A stretch of DNA of 48,974 bases, counting the filler, from Dirinaria sp. TL-2023a (Eukaryota), in NCBI GenBank assembly GCA_051941275.1. It is 2 parts of 2 records of this genome, joined end to end, with 100 filler letters (N's around TTAATTAATTAA, not from the genome) between each part and the next. Parts side by side here need not be neighbours in the genome. Positions count along the whole stretch, not along the records: positions 1 to 24,453 come from JAVEBF010000187.1; positions 24,554 to 48,974 come from JAVEBF010000188.1. One strand, 5' to 3'. This document shows positions 19,854-32,175 of the stretch, in pieces; position 1 is the stretch's first letter, and each line of letters starts with the position of its first letter. The notes under the pieces are model-generated. The model worked only from the letters and a program-made list of their open reading frames with translations, did no database searches and was not told where the DNA came from. Both the position numbers and the translations under genes were made by a program.

Positions 19854-22800
19854 ATGGCGCCTCAAGCATCGACTCCGAGTCAGGTTGTGGCTCTTCTGCC
19901 CAAGCTCAATGATGCAGACTCAGATATTCGGTACATGTCTCTGAATGATCTGTATAATATTCTTCGAAATGGAGCCCCCAATTTCCTTATTAGTGACTAT
20001 CATACCTGCACCAAGGCTATTGAGGGTCTTTTGAAAACTCTAGACGATCAGAACGGCGAAGTGCAGAACCAGGCAATAAAGTGGTATGGGCATTTTTAAG
20101 GGCGTCTTTGCTCCTCTGGCTAAGTAACATTGCAGCCTCGGAGCTCTGTCAGTGAAGATCCCTGCGGATACTCTACCACCGCTCGTCGAGAAGCTTTCGA
20201 ATCTTAAGGTCGATAACTCGGTGGATAACTCGATACGTGCTACTGCGCTAAGGACGTGGATCACAGCATTCCCCCCTCACGTCTCAGGCTCAGTACCAGC
20301 AAAGCTGACGGAGAATGCGTACAACGCCGTCAGCAAAGTTCTCATTCCTCGCCTCATCGGGCGCATAGTCATCCCTCACGGCCTCAGAAATCATCCGGAC
20401 CCCCCATCCGGCATGTTAGAGGTAGATCCCAAAACAGGAATCGATAGCGATGCCATTGATGTGATGATCGACCTTCTCAAAGGTTTCGGCTCTATGTTGC
20501 AGGAGGCAGAGAAGTCAGCGCTCCAGGAATCTATAACGAACATACTGAACAGCGAGCGCACCGGTACCGTGACTAGAAAGAAAGCCGTGACCGCAATCTC
20601 TATCCTGACTATCTACTTACCTGATCCGTTATTAAGTGCGTTTGTCAACAGCACAATCGAGAGCTTTCGAGCTAAACCACTTACAACGTCAAGGCGTCGC
20701 CTTCTCATCACAATGATTGGGTCGCTCGCTCGATCCATACCGCAGAGACTAGGCCCATACTTGAAGACTCTAGCACCTTTCATATTGAGTGCGCTCAGCA
20801 AGGAGGAGTACGATCGATTAGTAGACGAGTATAACGAAGCGGGAGCTTCGAACGCGGAGCTCGAAGAGCTCCATGAAGCAGCTTTAGTCGCGCTTGAGGG
20901 GTTCTTGGCTTGCTGCAGCAATGAGATGCGAATCTATACGGGAGATTCGATCGATGCAGCTTTGTTACACATAGTCTACGATCCAAGCGTAGCCACAGAT
21001 GAAGACGAAGTCATGGGTGGTACCAATGAGGAAGACGATTTTGAATCGGAGTCTAACGGCATTGAGGATGACGAGGAGCAGGAGTTCGAAGAAGAAGGAG
21101 TCATGGATGATGAAGATGACCTAAGCTGGAAAGTCCGACGATGCGCTGCGAAAGTGCTGTACACCATCATCTCAACAAGAGCGAGCGGCGACCTTCTTGA
21201 CAGCGGAATTTTGTATGACAGGATTGCCCCAGTCCTGATCGCGCGTTTCCAAGAGAGGGAGGAGAACGTCCAACTGGAAATCCTCACCGCGATGGCACTG
21301 CTCATACGCAAGACTGCTGGGGGCTTGCCAGCGATGGAGATCAAGAATGCTGATGAGAACAAATTTGCACAACCAGAACCCATGCAATCACGTAAGCGAA
21401 GGCGCATCAGTACGGTCGAGAAAGATTTCGACCTGCACGGCGTCAAAAAGATGACGATCGGTGCAAATTCTCCGGCCCCATCACCCCCACCAGCTTCAGG
21501 CCCTAAAGCAGATCTCGCAAGAGCACGGCCAGCGATTATTCAAGGAATCTCCAAAATACTGAAGCAAGGCTCAGTATCAACTCAACAAGCGGGCATCAAT
21601 TTGCTACGTGACATGGTCTTTGTTCAGCATGGCAGCCTATCAGATCAGCTATCCAAAATTATACCGGCTCTTGTCAATGCTATCAATGCCACAGCTGGGT
21701 CTGTCTCGCTTGGAGCAGGAGGCGCCGGTAGTCAGTTGCGTATTGAAGCTCTGCAACTCATCGGAACCGTATGTGACACCCACTCATCTAAGGTTGTCGC
21801 TCCATTTTTGGGAAATATTATTCCAGATGTGGTTAAAGCTGCAAAGGAGAAGACTTTCAAAGTCTCCAGTCAGGCGGTGACAACTATTGAAAGCATCGTC
21901 AAAGCTGTGACACATCCTCGGTCCGCCGGAGCTGAACAGCAGTATCATAACTACCTAGCCAGTCTTTGCACGACCCTGGTCGACCGCATTGGTGCGACAG
22001 ATGCGGACTTGGAGGTACGGCAACGCGCTATTCGTGCTCTCGGTGTCCTGCTGTCACGCACATCGGCTGGACAAGCCAAAGCCCTATCAGCAGCTGATCG
22101 ATTCAAGGGGATGGGTGTGCTCCGAGATCGCATTCAGAATGAGACTACTAGACTCGCTACTGTTCAAGCAGTCGACTTAGTGGTCACTTCAGCAGTAAAA
22201 CATGAGGACCTAACAAAGGGTTGGGTCCACGAAGTCGTAATCGAGTTGGCTTCGCAGCTTCGCAAAGCCGATCGCATCCTCCGTGGAGCCAGTCTTGCAG
22301 CTTTGAAAGACTTGGTCGGTAATGCCGTTGCGCTGTCTTATCTGGACGGTGCTACGGCGAGCGCGCTGACTGGTATGCTGCTGCCGCTGGTCAATCCGAA
22401 CGATTTCAATGCACTTGGCCTGGCCACGGTAATCCTCGCAAAACTCGTTCAGAGCAATCCTCGAGCCATTGTTCATGAGGAACTCAACAAAGTCCTCTGC
22501 GCCGTGGTCCTTTCTCCAATCAGCGGCGTTGTGTTGGATGCCTTTTTGGCCCTCTTAAAGAGTATCGGGGAGCAAGGCATGGGCAAACCTCTGATGAAAG
22601 ATCTTCTCAGCGTTTGTCCCGGAAGCGATCCGACCGTAGCGGGTAAAGCCGTTGGAACACTTCTCGTGGCAGGAGGGTCAAGTATCGGCTACGATATCAA
22701 CTCTTTTGTGAAGGAATTGCAGACAGGAGCTGGCGATCCGCAGAAATGCTTAGCACTATCTATCCTCGGAGAGGCTGGCCTCCGTCTCGGCACTCAATCC

Positions 22801-23988
22801 CCATTGGAGCCACGTCTATTCCTTGAATACTTCTCGTCAAAATCAGACACCGTGTCCCGGGCTGCTGCTGTTGCGTTGGGCCGTGCTGGTGCTGGCAACG
22901 TCAATGACTATCTACCAGCGATCATGTCTACGTCCGACGGTCCTAGCAAATTCCAGTATCTGTCTCTACACACCATTAAAGAGCTTCTGAACCATGCTGG
23001 CGAGACAGAAGCAAATATCTCACCTTATACACAAGAGATTTGGGAACGACTGATGGCTGCCTCCAAAGCCGAAGACAACAAAGCGATGGGCGCGGAATGC
23101 ATTGGACAATTAACGATCATTGAGCCGGAAAAATTTCTACCCCTTGTCAAGGCCTATCTCAGCCAGTCAGATGCCGCTTCTAGAGGCATGGTCATCCAAG
23201 CCATTCGTTTCACTTTTGCAGACAGCGATGAGCGAATTGATGATGTTCTCAAGCCTCTGCTCATGAGGATGTTGACAACAATGCTTGATGATCCTGATTT
23301 AGAAAATCGACGGCTCAGTCTGAGCACCTTTAACTCTGCTGTTCACAACAAGCCAGACCTTGTGCTGCCTCACCTCGCGCAATTGCTGCCTTCGGTCATG
23401 CGAGACTCCCAGATCAAGGATGAACTCATTCGAGAGGTGCAGATGGGCCCTTTCAAGCACAAGGTCGATGATGGGCTTGAAATCCGCAAGGTAAGCACGA
23501 TGATTCTCTGCCAACTACTATGGAAAATATCGGACTAAATGGGGCTTTAGAGTGCTTACGAAACCCTCTACTCTTTAATGGAAAACGCCTACTCGCGCAT
23601 CAGCACCCTCGACCTTTTCGATCGCGTCATCGATGGGCTTGAAGATGAACACGAGATCCGAAAACTCTGCAACCTGATGCTGACGAAGCTGATATCCCTG
23701 GACCCTGACGAGGCTCAGAGGCGCCTGAATCCGATCGCCGAACGCTTGCGGAAGGTCCTATCGTTCAAGCCGAAGGACAATGCGGTCAAGCAAGAGCTGG
23801 AGAAGGTGGAAGAGTCGAAGCGCGGTGCCTTGAAACTTACCATTACACTGAACCATTCCTTTCCAGCAGCCAAGAACCCGACGACGGCTCAAACACAGAC
23901 CTGGGCAACGTACTACGATTGGGCGGAGAAGGAGTACCGGGCGTTATGGGTGTTGGCCGCGGAAGATTTCAAGAACCAGCCTGCATAG
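19854..23988 (+). CDS. CAND1: Cullin-associated NEDD8-dissociated protein 1 (about 1340 aa); exons 19854-20083, 20136-23490, 23551-23988
   Basis: DSDIRYMSLNDL, DQNGEVQNQAIK|CLG, DDEDDLSWKVRRCAAK, RFQEREENV, NLS RKRRR, LIREVQMGPFKHKVDDGLEIRK|SAYETLY (TIP120 C-terminus). Confidence 0.96.
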
Positions 23989-24453
23989 CCCCTCCCCCTC
24001 CCCTGGCACGGCATAGGCTGGTGCTGGATTTCAGTTGACTAGTGATTCAGACGTTAATGCGGCGTGGGGATGATGGATGGATTACATCAGGTACTGTGCT
24101 ATTCTAGGGAAGACAGTTTTACAGATCCCCCACAAGCAATACCAAACGTGTTTTTATCAGATTGAGAATTGAACTTTATTTCATGCATTGACCAGAGAGA
24201 AAAAGAAAAAAAGAGAGAGAGAGAGGAACATGGCCACTCAACTCCCCCGCAATAGACTCCAAAGTGATCTATGTGAACGTAAGGCTTTTCAATGCTCCGA
24301 GTACCTTAGTGTGAGTGGTATGTAGTCCGGAGTTGGGTCATGTGACTTAGGGCTGAGTCTTAGGGCTTGCGATATACGGTCCTCATCTAATATACATCAA
24401 GGAAAGCCCAGCACACCATCTCCCAACCTCCACCACCACCACCAAACCAGTCC

Positions 24454-24553
24454 NNNNNNNNNNNNNNNNNNNNNNNNNNNNNNNNNNNNNNNNNNNNTTA
24501 ATTAATTAANNNNNNNNNNNNNNNNNNNNNNNNNNNNNNNNNNNNNNNNNNNN
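24454..24553. other. Artificial contig/scaffold spacer: N44 + TTAATTAATTAA + N44
   Basis: Exactly 100 bp with a central palindrome that gives stops in all six frames. This is an assembly or pipeline linker. Confidence 0.95.
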
Positions 24554-25665
24554 CCTTCCAGACTCCCTCTTTCCCCCAAACCCTCCTCCTCTTCTCTTCT
24601 CTGCATAAATAACTCAATCTCCTTTTCCTCACTGCCTCTCCCTCTTTCTTCCTGTGCTCCAGCAGCAGAGACGCAGCTCCTCCTTCCCTCCCCGAAACAG
24701 CCTCCTTACTTATTCCCCTCGCCAGCGATCGATCAGCCCCTTCTCAAAACAGCACCGCAAGGCACCCTACCTTACAATATCCACCTAAGGTATCTACCTT
24801 AAATCCCAGTCCTGAACCCTTTGGCGCCCCCTCTTCTCCCCTACTACTGCCGGGGCGCGGGGGCGGGTAATGAAATGAAATAAAATGAGAAGAGCTGCGC
24901 CTCCACACACAACACACACGCACACTGTTTCTCTCCTTTCTAGGTAGCTCTACCGCCATTTTCATACATGGTACATACCCGTTCTACATCCCTGTCTACA
25001 TCTCGAAGAAAAGAAAAAAAAAAAAACAGGAAAGGGAAGGTGGAAGGGAAGGGGAAGGTAAAGCAGTGCAATGCAGTGCCTTCCCCCTCCTCCTTCCTTC
25101 CCTCGTAATCGTAATTGAATTCTCCAACGCGCGCGCCCCCTTTCTGATTTACGCTGCTCGCTGAACTACAATATCTCTTTTCTTAATCTTTCTCTTATTC
25201 TTCTCATACAGGGTTTTTTTTTCCCCCCAATTCCCGTGGAAAGTAAAGTTTTTTGTGTATGCATGTTTGTGTGTGTATGTGTATGTGTAGCGAGGGGGAA
25301 AATGGTGACTTTGGGGGTAGATAGAACCCAAATTTGTTTGATGTTGAAAAACGGGGGAAAAGGCGAGGGAGATTAGGGGTGTCTGTTTGGACGGGGTTTG
25401 GATACCATGTGTTTCCGGCTCGGATACTTCTTGTGAGCATGAAGACGATAGCACAGCAGACAATCTGGTATGTTGTACTGTTGTAATAGTAGTAGTGATG
25501 ATCGTGACATATTGATAACGATTCGAAGGAATAAATTCAGAAAGACACTATGATTAATGTACAAATGAATGGTAATACCGATGCTGTTCCCGCTTGTACG
25601 CAGCTTTATTGTCACAGCCAAAAAGCACCGAAATCACCTCTTATACGTAAAAGTGCTCCGATTGC

Positions 25666-27015
25666 TCACGCTGGCAACGGCCAGTTCGGAGGCAGTGCCC
25701 GAGATGCACGACTCGATAGCGACGAGCCGCGCGAGAGACTTGACGGCGACCAGCTCTGCATGGATGATGTCCGAGTCGAGATGGTCTTGGCGATCCCCTC
25801 CCACATCGGCCGTGGTGGGCTATTATCATGCTCCAGATAGAAATCGACTGGGTCCTCGTCCTTCGAGAACGCGCCCATCGAGCTGACGGCGCTGTGGTAG
25901 CTCTGGTCGCTCGTGTCCCTCGAGTGCTGCTGCTGCCGCTGCTGCTCCTGCCCCGATCCTTGCCGTCCTGAATACACGGACACGGCCGAATTCCACTCTC
26001 GCTCGATTTCGTCGAATGGCGATTCTGGTGTGTGGGGCCCGAATCCGAGCGAGACCCCCGACACGGCGAAAACGGGGTCCCGCTCGTCTTCGATGGGTGT
26101 TTCGTACATTGCCGGGTCGTAAACTGGCCAGCCGTCGTCGGATGCTTGGCTCATGAGGGTTTCGATTGTGGAGTCGATATCTGGGATGGTTTGCATGGCC
26201 TCTTGGAACAGCGGCGATCGCCTTTCAGCGTCAATGATCAGGCTTCGAAATTGCGACTGTATTGGGGAAAGCCCATCCTCGTCGATGAGAGGGTTTCGTT
26301 GCTGCGGGCCGTCGGGCGTCAATGGTGGCGTGGCTTCGGGGAGTGAGTAGACACTCGGTGATGGTTCGGGGTGTATAGGCGGAGCCCAGTACTGTGGAGC
26401 TGATTGATTCGGTTCTCGAGGACGCGAATCCGTCACGAGCCACATCTGTTCATCCGGCAACCAGACCATCTCGGGGGCGGGCCGGCGTGTCTCTCTGGCA
26501 GAGTCCACTACCGTCAGTGTCAATTGCGGCGTGGAGCTAGCTTTTCGTCGCTGCTGGAGTGTGCATCTCCGTCCTCTGAGACACTCTTCGCTCTTGGTCT
26601 TCTTGAGTCGATTTAGTATACATCTTGACGAAGCATCGTTCCGAGTCCGGACAGGTCTCGGTTTGCATAGTTTCTTTGGTGGCAACGCCGGAAGTGGCTT
26701 CAGCTCATAGCTCCTCGGTAAAGGCCTGATCACTGGGTCCTCCGGTGGGTCGTAATATCCCCTGCCAAAATGATCATCTCGACCGGGCGGAAAGTCGAAA
26801 TTGACATGCGTTCGAGGCGGAAGGAAGACATCCGGGGGGGATCGTGAGCTGGTGTATCCCTGAGAGTAGAAATCGTTCCTCCGTGGAAGACGGCTGTGGG
26901 CGCCTGTGTCAATATTGGAGTGGTAAGACGGCACATCGGATGTGGTGAAGCGCCAGTCACTGGTAGGAGATTCTGCGAAGAGAGAGAGATCAACGAGCCC
27001 GCCTGGGGTCGCCAT
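25666..27015 (-). CDS. Hypothetical protein (449 aa, single exon), largely disordered and Ser/Pro-rich
   Basis: Long ATG ORF with short motif-like islands (KKTKSEECLR, EMVWLPDEQMWLV, LSPIQSQF, RRSPLFQEAM). No domain recognised. Confidence 0.75.
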   Translation of the reverse strand: MATPGGLVDLSLFAESPTSDWRFTTSDVPSYHSNIDTGAHSRLPRRNDFYSQGYTSSRSPPDVFLPPRTHVNFDFPPGRDDHFGRGYYDPPEDPVIRPLPRSYELKPLPALPPKKLCKPRPVRTRNDASSRCILNRLKKTKSEECLRGRRCTLQQRRKASSTPQLTLTVVDSARETRRPAPEMVWLPDEQMWLVTDSRPREPNQSAPQYWAPPIHPEPSPSVYSLPEATPPLTPDGPQQRNPLIDEDGLSPIQSQFRSLIIDAERRSPLFQEAMQTIPDIDSTIETLMSQASDDGWPVYDPAMYETPIEDERDPVFAVSGVSLGFGPHTPESPFDEIEREWNSAVSVYSGRQGSGQEQQRQQQHSRDTSDQSYHSAVSSMGAFSKDEDPVDFYLEHDNSPPRPMWEGIAKTISTRTSSMQSWSPSSLSRGSSLSSRASRALPPNWPLPA

Positions 27016-29707
27016 TATTAAATCGGTTGTAATGAGTTACATAAGGTGGAGGAGGAGGAGGAGGTACAGTGAGTATAAAATAGGGAGGGAAGAGACAGCC
27101 ACAAAGTAGCAGATGGGATGAAGCAACTCAATGCAAGGATTCAGAACGCAGGCAATGCAGCAGCAACGCAGAATAGGAAAGAGCACTTCAACGGTGAAGG
27201 ATGCACGATCCTTCAGACGCAGTAGAGACTGCGGAGATGACAGTATTTTGACAAGGGAATGATGCGGCATGGTCGTTTTGGGCGCCAGCATATTGGGCTA
27301 TTTAAGGGGCGGAGCTTTGAGAGTCGACTGGCGAGGTTGGCCTCAGAAGCGGTCGATCTCGGGGGAGGGTCGAGGGTTAGAGGAACAGACTTGGAAGGTC
27401 ATGAGTCTAACCTACCTTAAGGTATGTCCAATTGGACGGGATCACCCGCACCGACACGAAGCCTCACATATTAGCAAATAGCAATGGACATTGGATGAGG
27501 TAGTTCGGCAATAAATGGTGAGACGAGGAAAGTTCGATGGTCGGGATGGTCGAGATTGATGATGCCAAGCAAGGGGAGACTTAAAAAATGATCGCCCGAG
27601 AGTTTCGCTCATAATTGACCGGGAAAGGAAGGAGTCGTTGTACTCGTACATCAGACCGAGGAGACCTTCCAAGTAAAGACCTTGAGGTACTTTACCTTCC
27701 ACTCCAAACTCGACAACAGTGCATAAATATGGATGTGGTTCCTGACTGGACAGCATACCAACTTTCAAATTCCGCGATTGACTACAGACCATGTCCCGTC
27801 GTCTTATCGGACACTTGATCCACTTGTGTGTAGCGATGTCCGTCTCATCGACCTCGGCATCGCATACCACCATTCTTGCCGACACACCAGAGCAAGGCAA
27901 TGTGCAAGCACAACAATAATAATACGATACCGTGAAATGCTCTGCTCCTCGCGACCAGGTCTGTCCCGATCCGTCCCCTGTTGGCGACCTCGGCGATGCA
28001 GGGAGCATGAGGCGGGGTGAGGAGGCTGTGCCAAATGTTCGACGAATGGATTCCTGGCTGTAATCGGTCTCGCTGTTGGAGGGTGAGACAGGACTTACGA
28101 AGCCTTCCTGGAACTGTATGAATTGCCAGCAGATCTGTCGACTGCACTACCAGATCTACCTTGGCCCTTTCATAAGATATGAATGAGCTTATCTTCGTAC
28201 AGACGTAACGGCAGAGACAAACTCAATCTTTTTAACGACCGGTATCGTGGAGTAGTTGCGGCCGACAATAAGAATATGGACCAGCACCCGCTACCTCTGC
28301 TGCTTATTGCCGGGCACTGAAAGTAAATGCAGAACGGTGGATCAGGAACGTCTTACGCACTACCCTCGGCGGTGGATGCCTCCTGTAGAAAGGCGCCAAG
28401 CAGCGTCTGACTGCTTTGGCTTCTGTTTAGTCGGCTACACCCTCAGTCTTTCCCTCAAGCTGCTCATAACTCCGCCCCCGGCACCCCACGCATCTGATCG
28501 CATTCTGCAGTACTCGTATGTACTTACATGTAGGTGGAAGATGGATTTCAATAATCCTTGAACGGCCAGGGTCGCCCTGCAGGCTTGAGGCCATTCCTCC
28601 TAAATGGAGGTGCAGGGTGTAAAGGTATTTTTTCGAAGAATAATAATGTTTCCGTGCTACATATGCAACCAGCAATCCTTAACAATGGAAGAATATCAAT
28701 TGCGATAGCCTCAATCAATTGCTGCGTTTATTTGCGCCTGAGAACTTTGGTGTTGACGTGCTACTGCCATTCCCTTCTTCAACTCATCGTATCTAGCGAA
28801 AGAGTCTAGGTAGCCACATCAAAGCACGAAAAGCCAATAAAATCTTTCATTTCCCCATGTCCTTTGAGCATAGGTAAGAGAGTGACACAGCCTCGTAAGG
28901 TAGGGCATCGTATAAACTAATGTACCTTACTTCTGCTTGGCCGCACGCAGATATCTCACACTTTCCACAGCCGCCACGCCTCTCACTAGTAGCAATGTGA
29001 AGTCGACGCTCGAGCATTATTGACCTATGTAAGAGTACCTAGTAGGTAAGTAGTGCAGGAAAGGGTCCTCCTGAACAAGCACTTCTATGCCCTTTTTAAG
29101 CCCTCCGTGACCGTGAAAGTGGCCCAGTGGCACGACCTTCATTAAATGATGCTAGGAGAGATGGAACACTTCAGCTCACCCGTTTCTTCCATCCCTGAAT
29201 ATATCACGCACTAGACAAGCTTGTTCTGGACGAAGGAACAAATGGCGGTGGCACGGCAAATGAGAATCGTCATAATTCTATCTCAATTCCGGATGGTCCA
29301 AGGCCTTGGTTGAGACCGAAGTCACTTTCACACGTTCCAAAGGGGCAATGCCCATTCTCAAGCTTAATCGTCTCTGTCATTTCTTTCTAAGCAACTATGC
29401 CAATGTGCCAAAGAAGCCATTACAAACATGCCAAACCCGCCACCATCCTTTCTATAAACCCTTTGCAAAGAGCAGAAGCAGCACGGTCGTTCCAGCCAAA
29501 GACATAAGATTTGGACAGAACGTGCAAGCCTAGCAGCCCCCACGAATGTGGTGACCACGGAAAATGGCCATGTAAATGGCAGAAAGGAAGGATCATGAAC
29601 CGGTTCCTCCCATAGCAATCCTTGAACGCCATTGTCAGCCTTACTGAACACCCTGCTGATGACAGCCCCTGATATGCATCACAATGTAACCCTTTGCAGG
29701 GCTCCTT

Positions 29708-31703
29708 CTAAGCTTCAACATCAACGCCTTTTAATGATGGATAGAGCCCAGCATTTTCGCTCTGCGGGGAGTGCTCTTTTTCTTGATTATCTTCATACTC
29801 ATGGTTCTCGAGCCTGGTGGCGATGTATTTGCGCAACGCGTCCAATGTGCGTATGCTGTCGACCCATGCCGAATCGACGGGGCTCGAGGGCTTGGTCGGA
29901 GTGGGTTTCTCAACCAGCTCGTCGCTAGACGGCTCAACGCCGGAGAGCGCGGGGTCGATATTTGAATGGAGAAATTTGGATTTAGGCTGCATTGGTGCAA
30001 CAGGGGCCCGATGAAGTCCGTTTGACGTGATTGGTGAAGAGTTCTTGGGCGTCACAGCGCTATCTTCTGAAGTATCCATCCGATCTTCATGGTCTCGTTC
30101 CACTGGCTGAGCCTTTTGCAGGAAGCCTCCAGTGTGGCGCCGACGATAATCATGCTCATTAGCGCCAAGAGTAGCGGTAGAAGCCATGTTCGCGTGATAT
30201 CCATTTGTTGACGGACCGGGAAGGCTGGGATACACAGATGCACTGGGTGTCGCCGGCGAAAGGCGGGGATTCGAATGTGTAGAATCTGGAGAATGCCCGG
30301 AATTGTAGCCTCCTGCACTTGAAGGAGGCGTCAAGACCGGTGTGCTGCTGTGATTCGAACGTTGCGATGATGCCGCTGCGGCCACGGCGGACTCATTGTG
30401 CGATGATGTAAGCTGCACGCCTGATGGAGAATCGCTATTGCGGTAATTGATAGCGCTATCAACGTAGTGAGCACCTGGCTGACCAACGCCGGCGGCTGCG
30501 AGTTGATCGGCATTATCGTAAACAGTCGACGCCATTTGCTCAAAACGTCGAGCCATATCAAGGAGTTGATCCTTGGTTCTTAGTGAATCAAAAGCCGGAA
30601 GACTGTACTGCGCGGTCGCAGGACCGTAGACTCCACCGCCGTCAGTGTTCGCTTGCGCTGCAGGTTGAGAGTCTGTGAAGCCACCACCAAGCAAGTACTG
30701 CACTCCAGCGTTTTGCAGTGGTACTAAGCGGTTGCTGACTTGTGAATAATTCTTCATGTCAATGAGACCGCGCTGAGCGTCGCCAATGAATGAATTCAAG
30801 TTGGCAAAGGACTTGCCGCTGTCAAAGGAACTGTGTCCGACTTCGCCATGGCCCACAGCATATGAAACAGTGCCGTAGCCACCAGGTCCGGGTCCTCCAT
30901 GTTGCTGGGTTGGTGCGTAGTAACCTGGAGGAGCGCCCTGGCCTTGATGCCCGTAGCCCATAGGAGCGGGATAAGGTTGCATTTGGTGATGATCCGGGTA
31001 ATAGTTGGGCGCTGTAGAAGCAAAATTTTGTAAATTAGTGACTAGGTCTGAGAAAATGTCAGGATGATTACTACGAGCCATCGTTTGGTGAAAGCGTGAT
31101 GAAGGGCCCCACTCACCTTTATGCTGGTTTCCAAGATTGTTGTATCCGCCATTCTGCGGATGTTGGTGATTCTGCTGCGAGGACTGGTTCATGCCATTGA
31201 TGACAGTGTCATCAGCATGGGTCTTCACATGCTTCTTCAGATCCTGCGGACGTTTGAAGGTCTTGCCACAGAACTGGCATCGATGTGGCTTCAACGGCAC
31301 ATGGACTCGAATGTGAGAAGTGATGTGGTCGCGTTTGACCACTTGAACATGGCAATTGCCCCATGCACACTGCAGATTAAGATTATTCGTACTCTTGCGC
31401 CCGATGTGTTTATCGCAGACATGTTCCTGGCCTAGCGTTAATAACATGCTGTACCTTGAGGTATGTACCTAAGTCTATTTGACGGTCGCAAGAAAGACCT
31501 ACGTAGAGTTGTTCGGGAGACTGATGGTACTCGTTGCAGCCCACCCACTGGCATCGATACGAGGTCTCGCCACTGCTGTTGCTCTGCAGCGGCGGGACCG
31601 GCGGAGGTTGATGCTGTTGTGGAGCTGGATGTTGATTCTGCTGTTCCACTGGAGGCGATGGGTGAACCTGGGCGCCTTGGCTTCCTTGGCCTTGATCTGC
31701 CAT
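29708..31703 (-). CDS. pacC: pH-responsive C2H2 transcription factor PacC/Rim101; exons 31703-31503, 31426-31117, 31047 (or 31011)-29708
   Basis: Three zinc fingers: [78 protein letters not shown]. Also two YPSL (PalA/Rim20-binding YPxL) motifs, GGFLQK, NIDPAL and the [15 protein letters not shown] helix. Confidence 0.97.
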
Positions 31704-31939
31704 GCCCGATTACTAACTATCAACGCGCCTGGATGACAGCAACAAGTCTTGCACGGTCCACGGAATCCCAAGAAACTTTACACAAACGGATCTTGGAAAT
31801 CGATGTCGAGGATTTGAACTACGTGTGAAAGAATAGGTGACTCGGTAGACTGGTGATAAAAGTGGGAAAGGACGACTAAGCCAGCAACACACGCGAGTTG
31901 TGGGACAGGCCGCCTTTTGAAGATTCACCAAGTGAAAGC

Positions 31940-32175
31940 CTTGGCGTCTTGGCGTCTTGGCGCCAAGACGTCGGAGCGGAGAATGGCGACACCGGGTCCC
32001 ATCAACAGAGATTGTACTATTGCACAGCCCCAAAATCACCAATAACCTCGACCCGTTCCCCTTTCTGTGAGATGGGCCTTCGGGCTTTGCGCCTGTGAGC
32101 GAATTATTACTTCACGCTATCTGGCTCGCCTGGGTAGCTGCCAAGACCGCCAAGAAGCGCCAAGGTAAAGCCAAG
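31940..32175. promoter_or_regulatory. Cluster of eight PacC consensus sites (GCCAAG) in the pacC upstream region
   Basis: CTTGGC at 31940, 31948, 31956; GCCAAG at 31962, 32140, 32149, 32159, 32170. GCCARG is the established PacC consensus. Confidence 0.85.

Noticed and set aside
24554..25340. Purine/pyrimidine tracts, poly-A and CA/TG repeats next to the gap
   Set aside because: Ordinary low-complexity 3' flank or contig end. No terminal inverted repeats, LTRs or transposase remnants seen.
729..31703. Arrestin plus pacC as a pal/pH-pathway cluster
   Set aside because: The arrestin is Ldb19/Art1-like rather than PalF, and the genes lie on opposite sides of the artificial linker.
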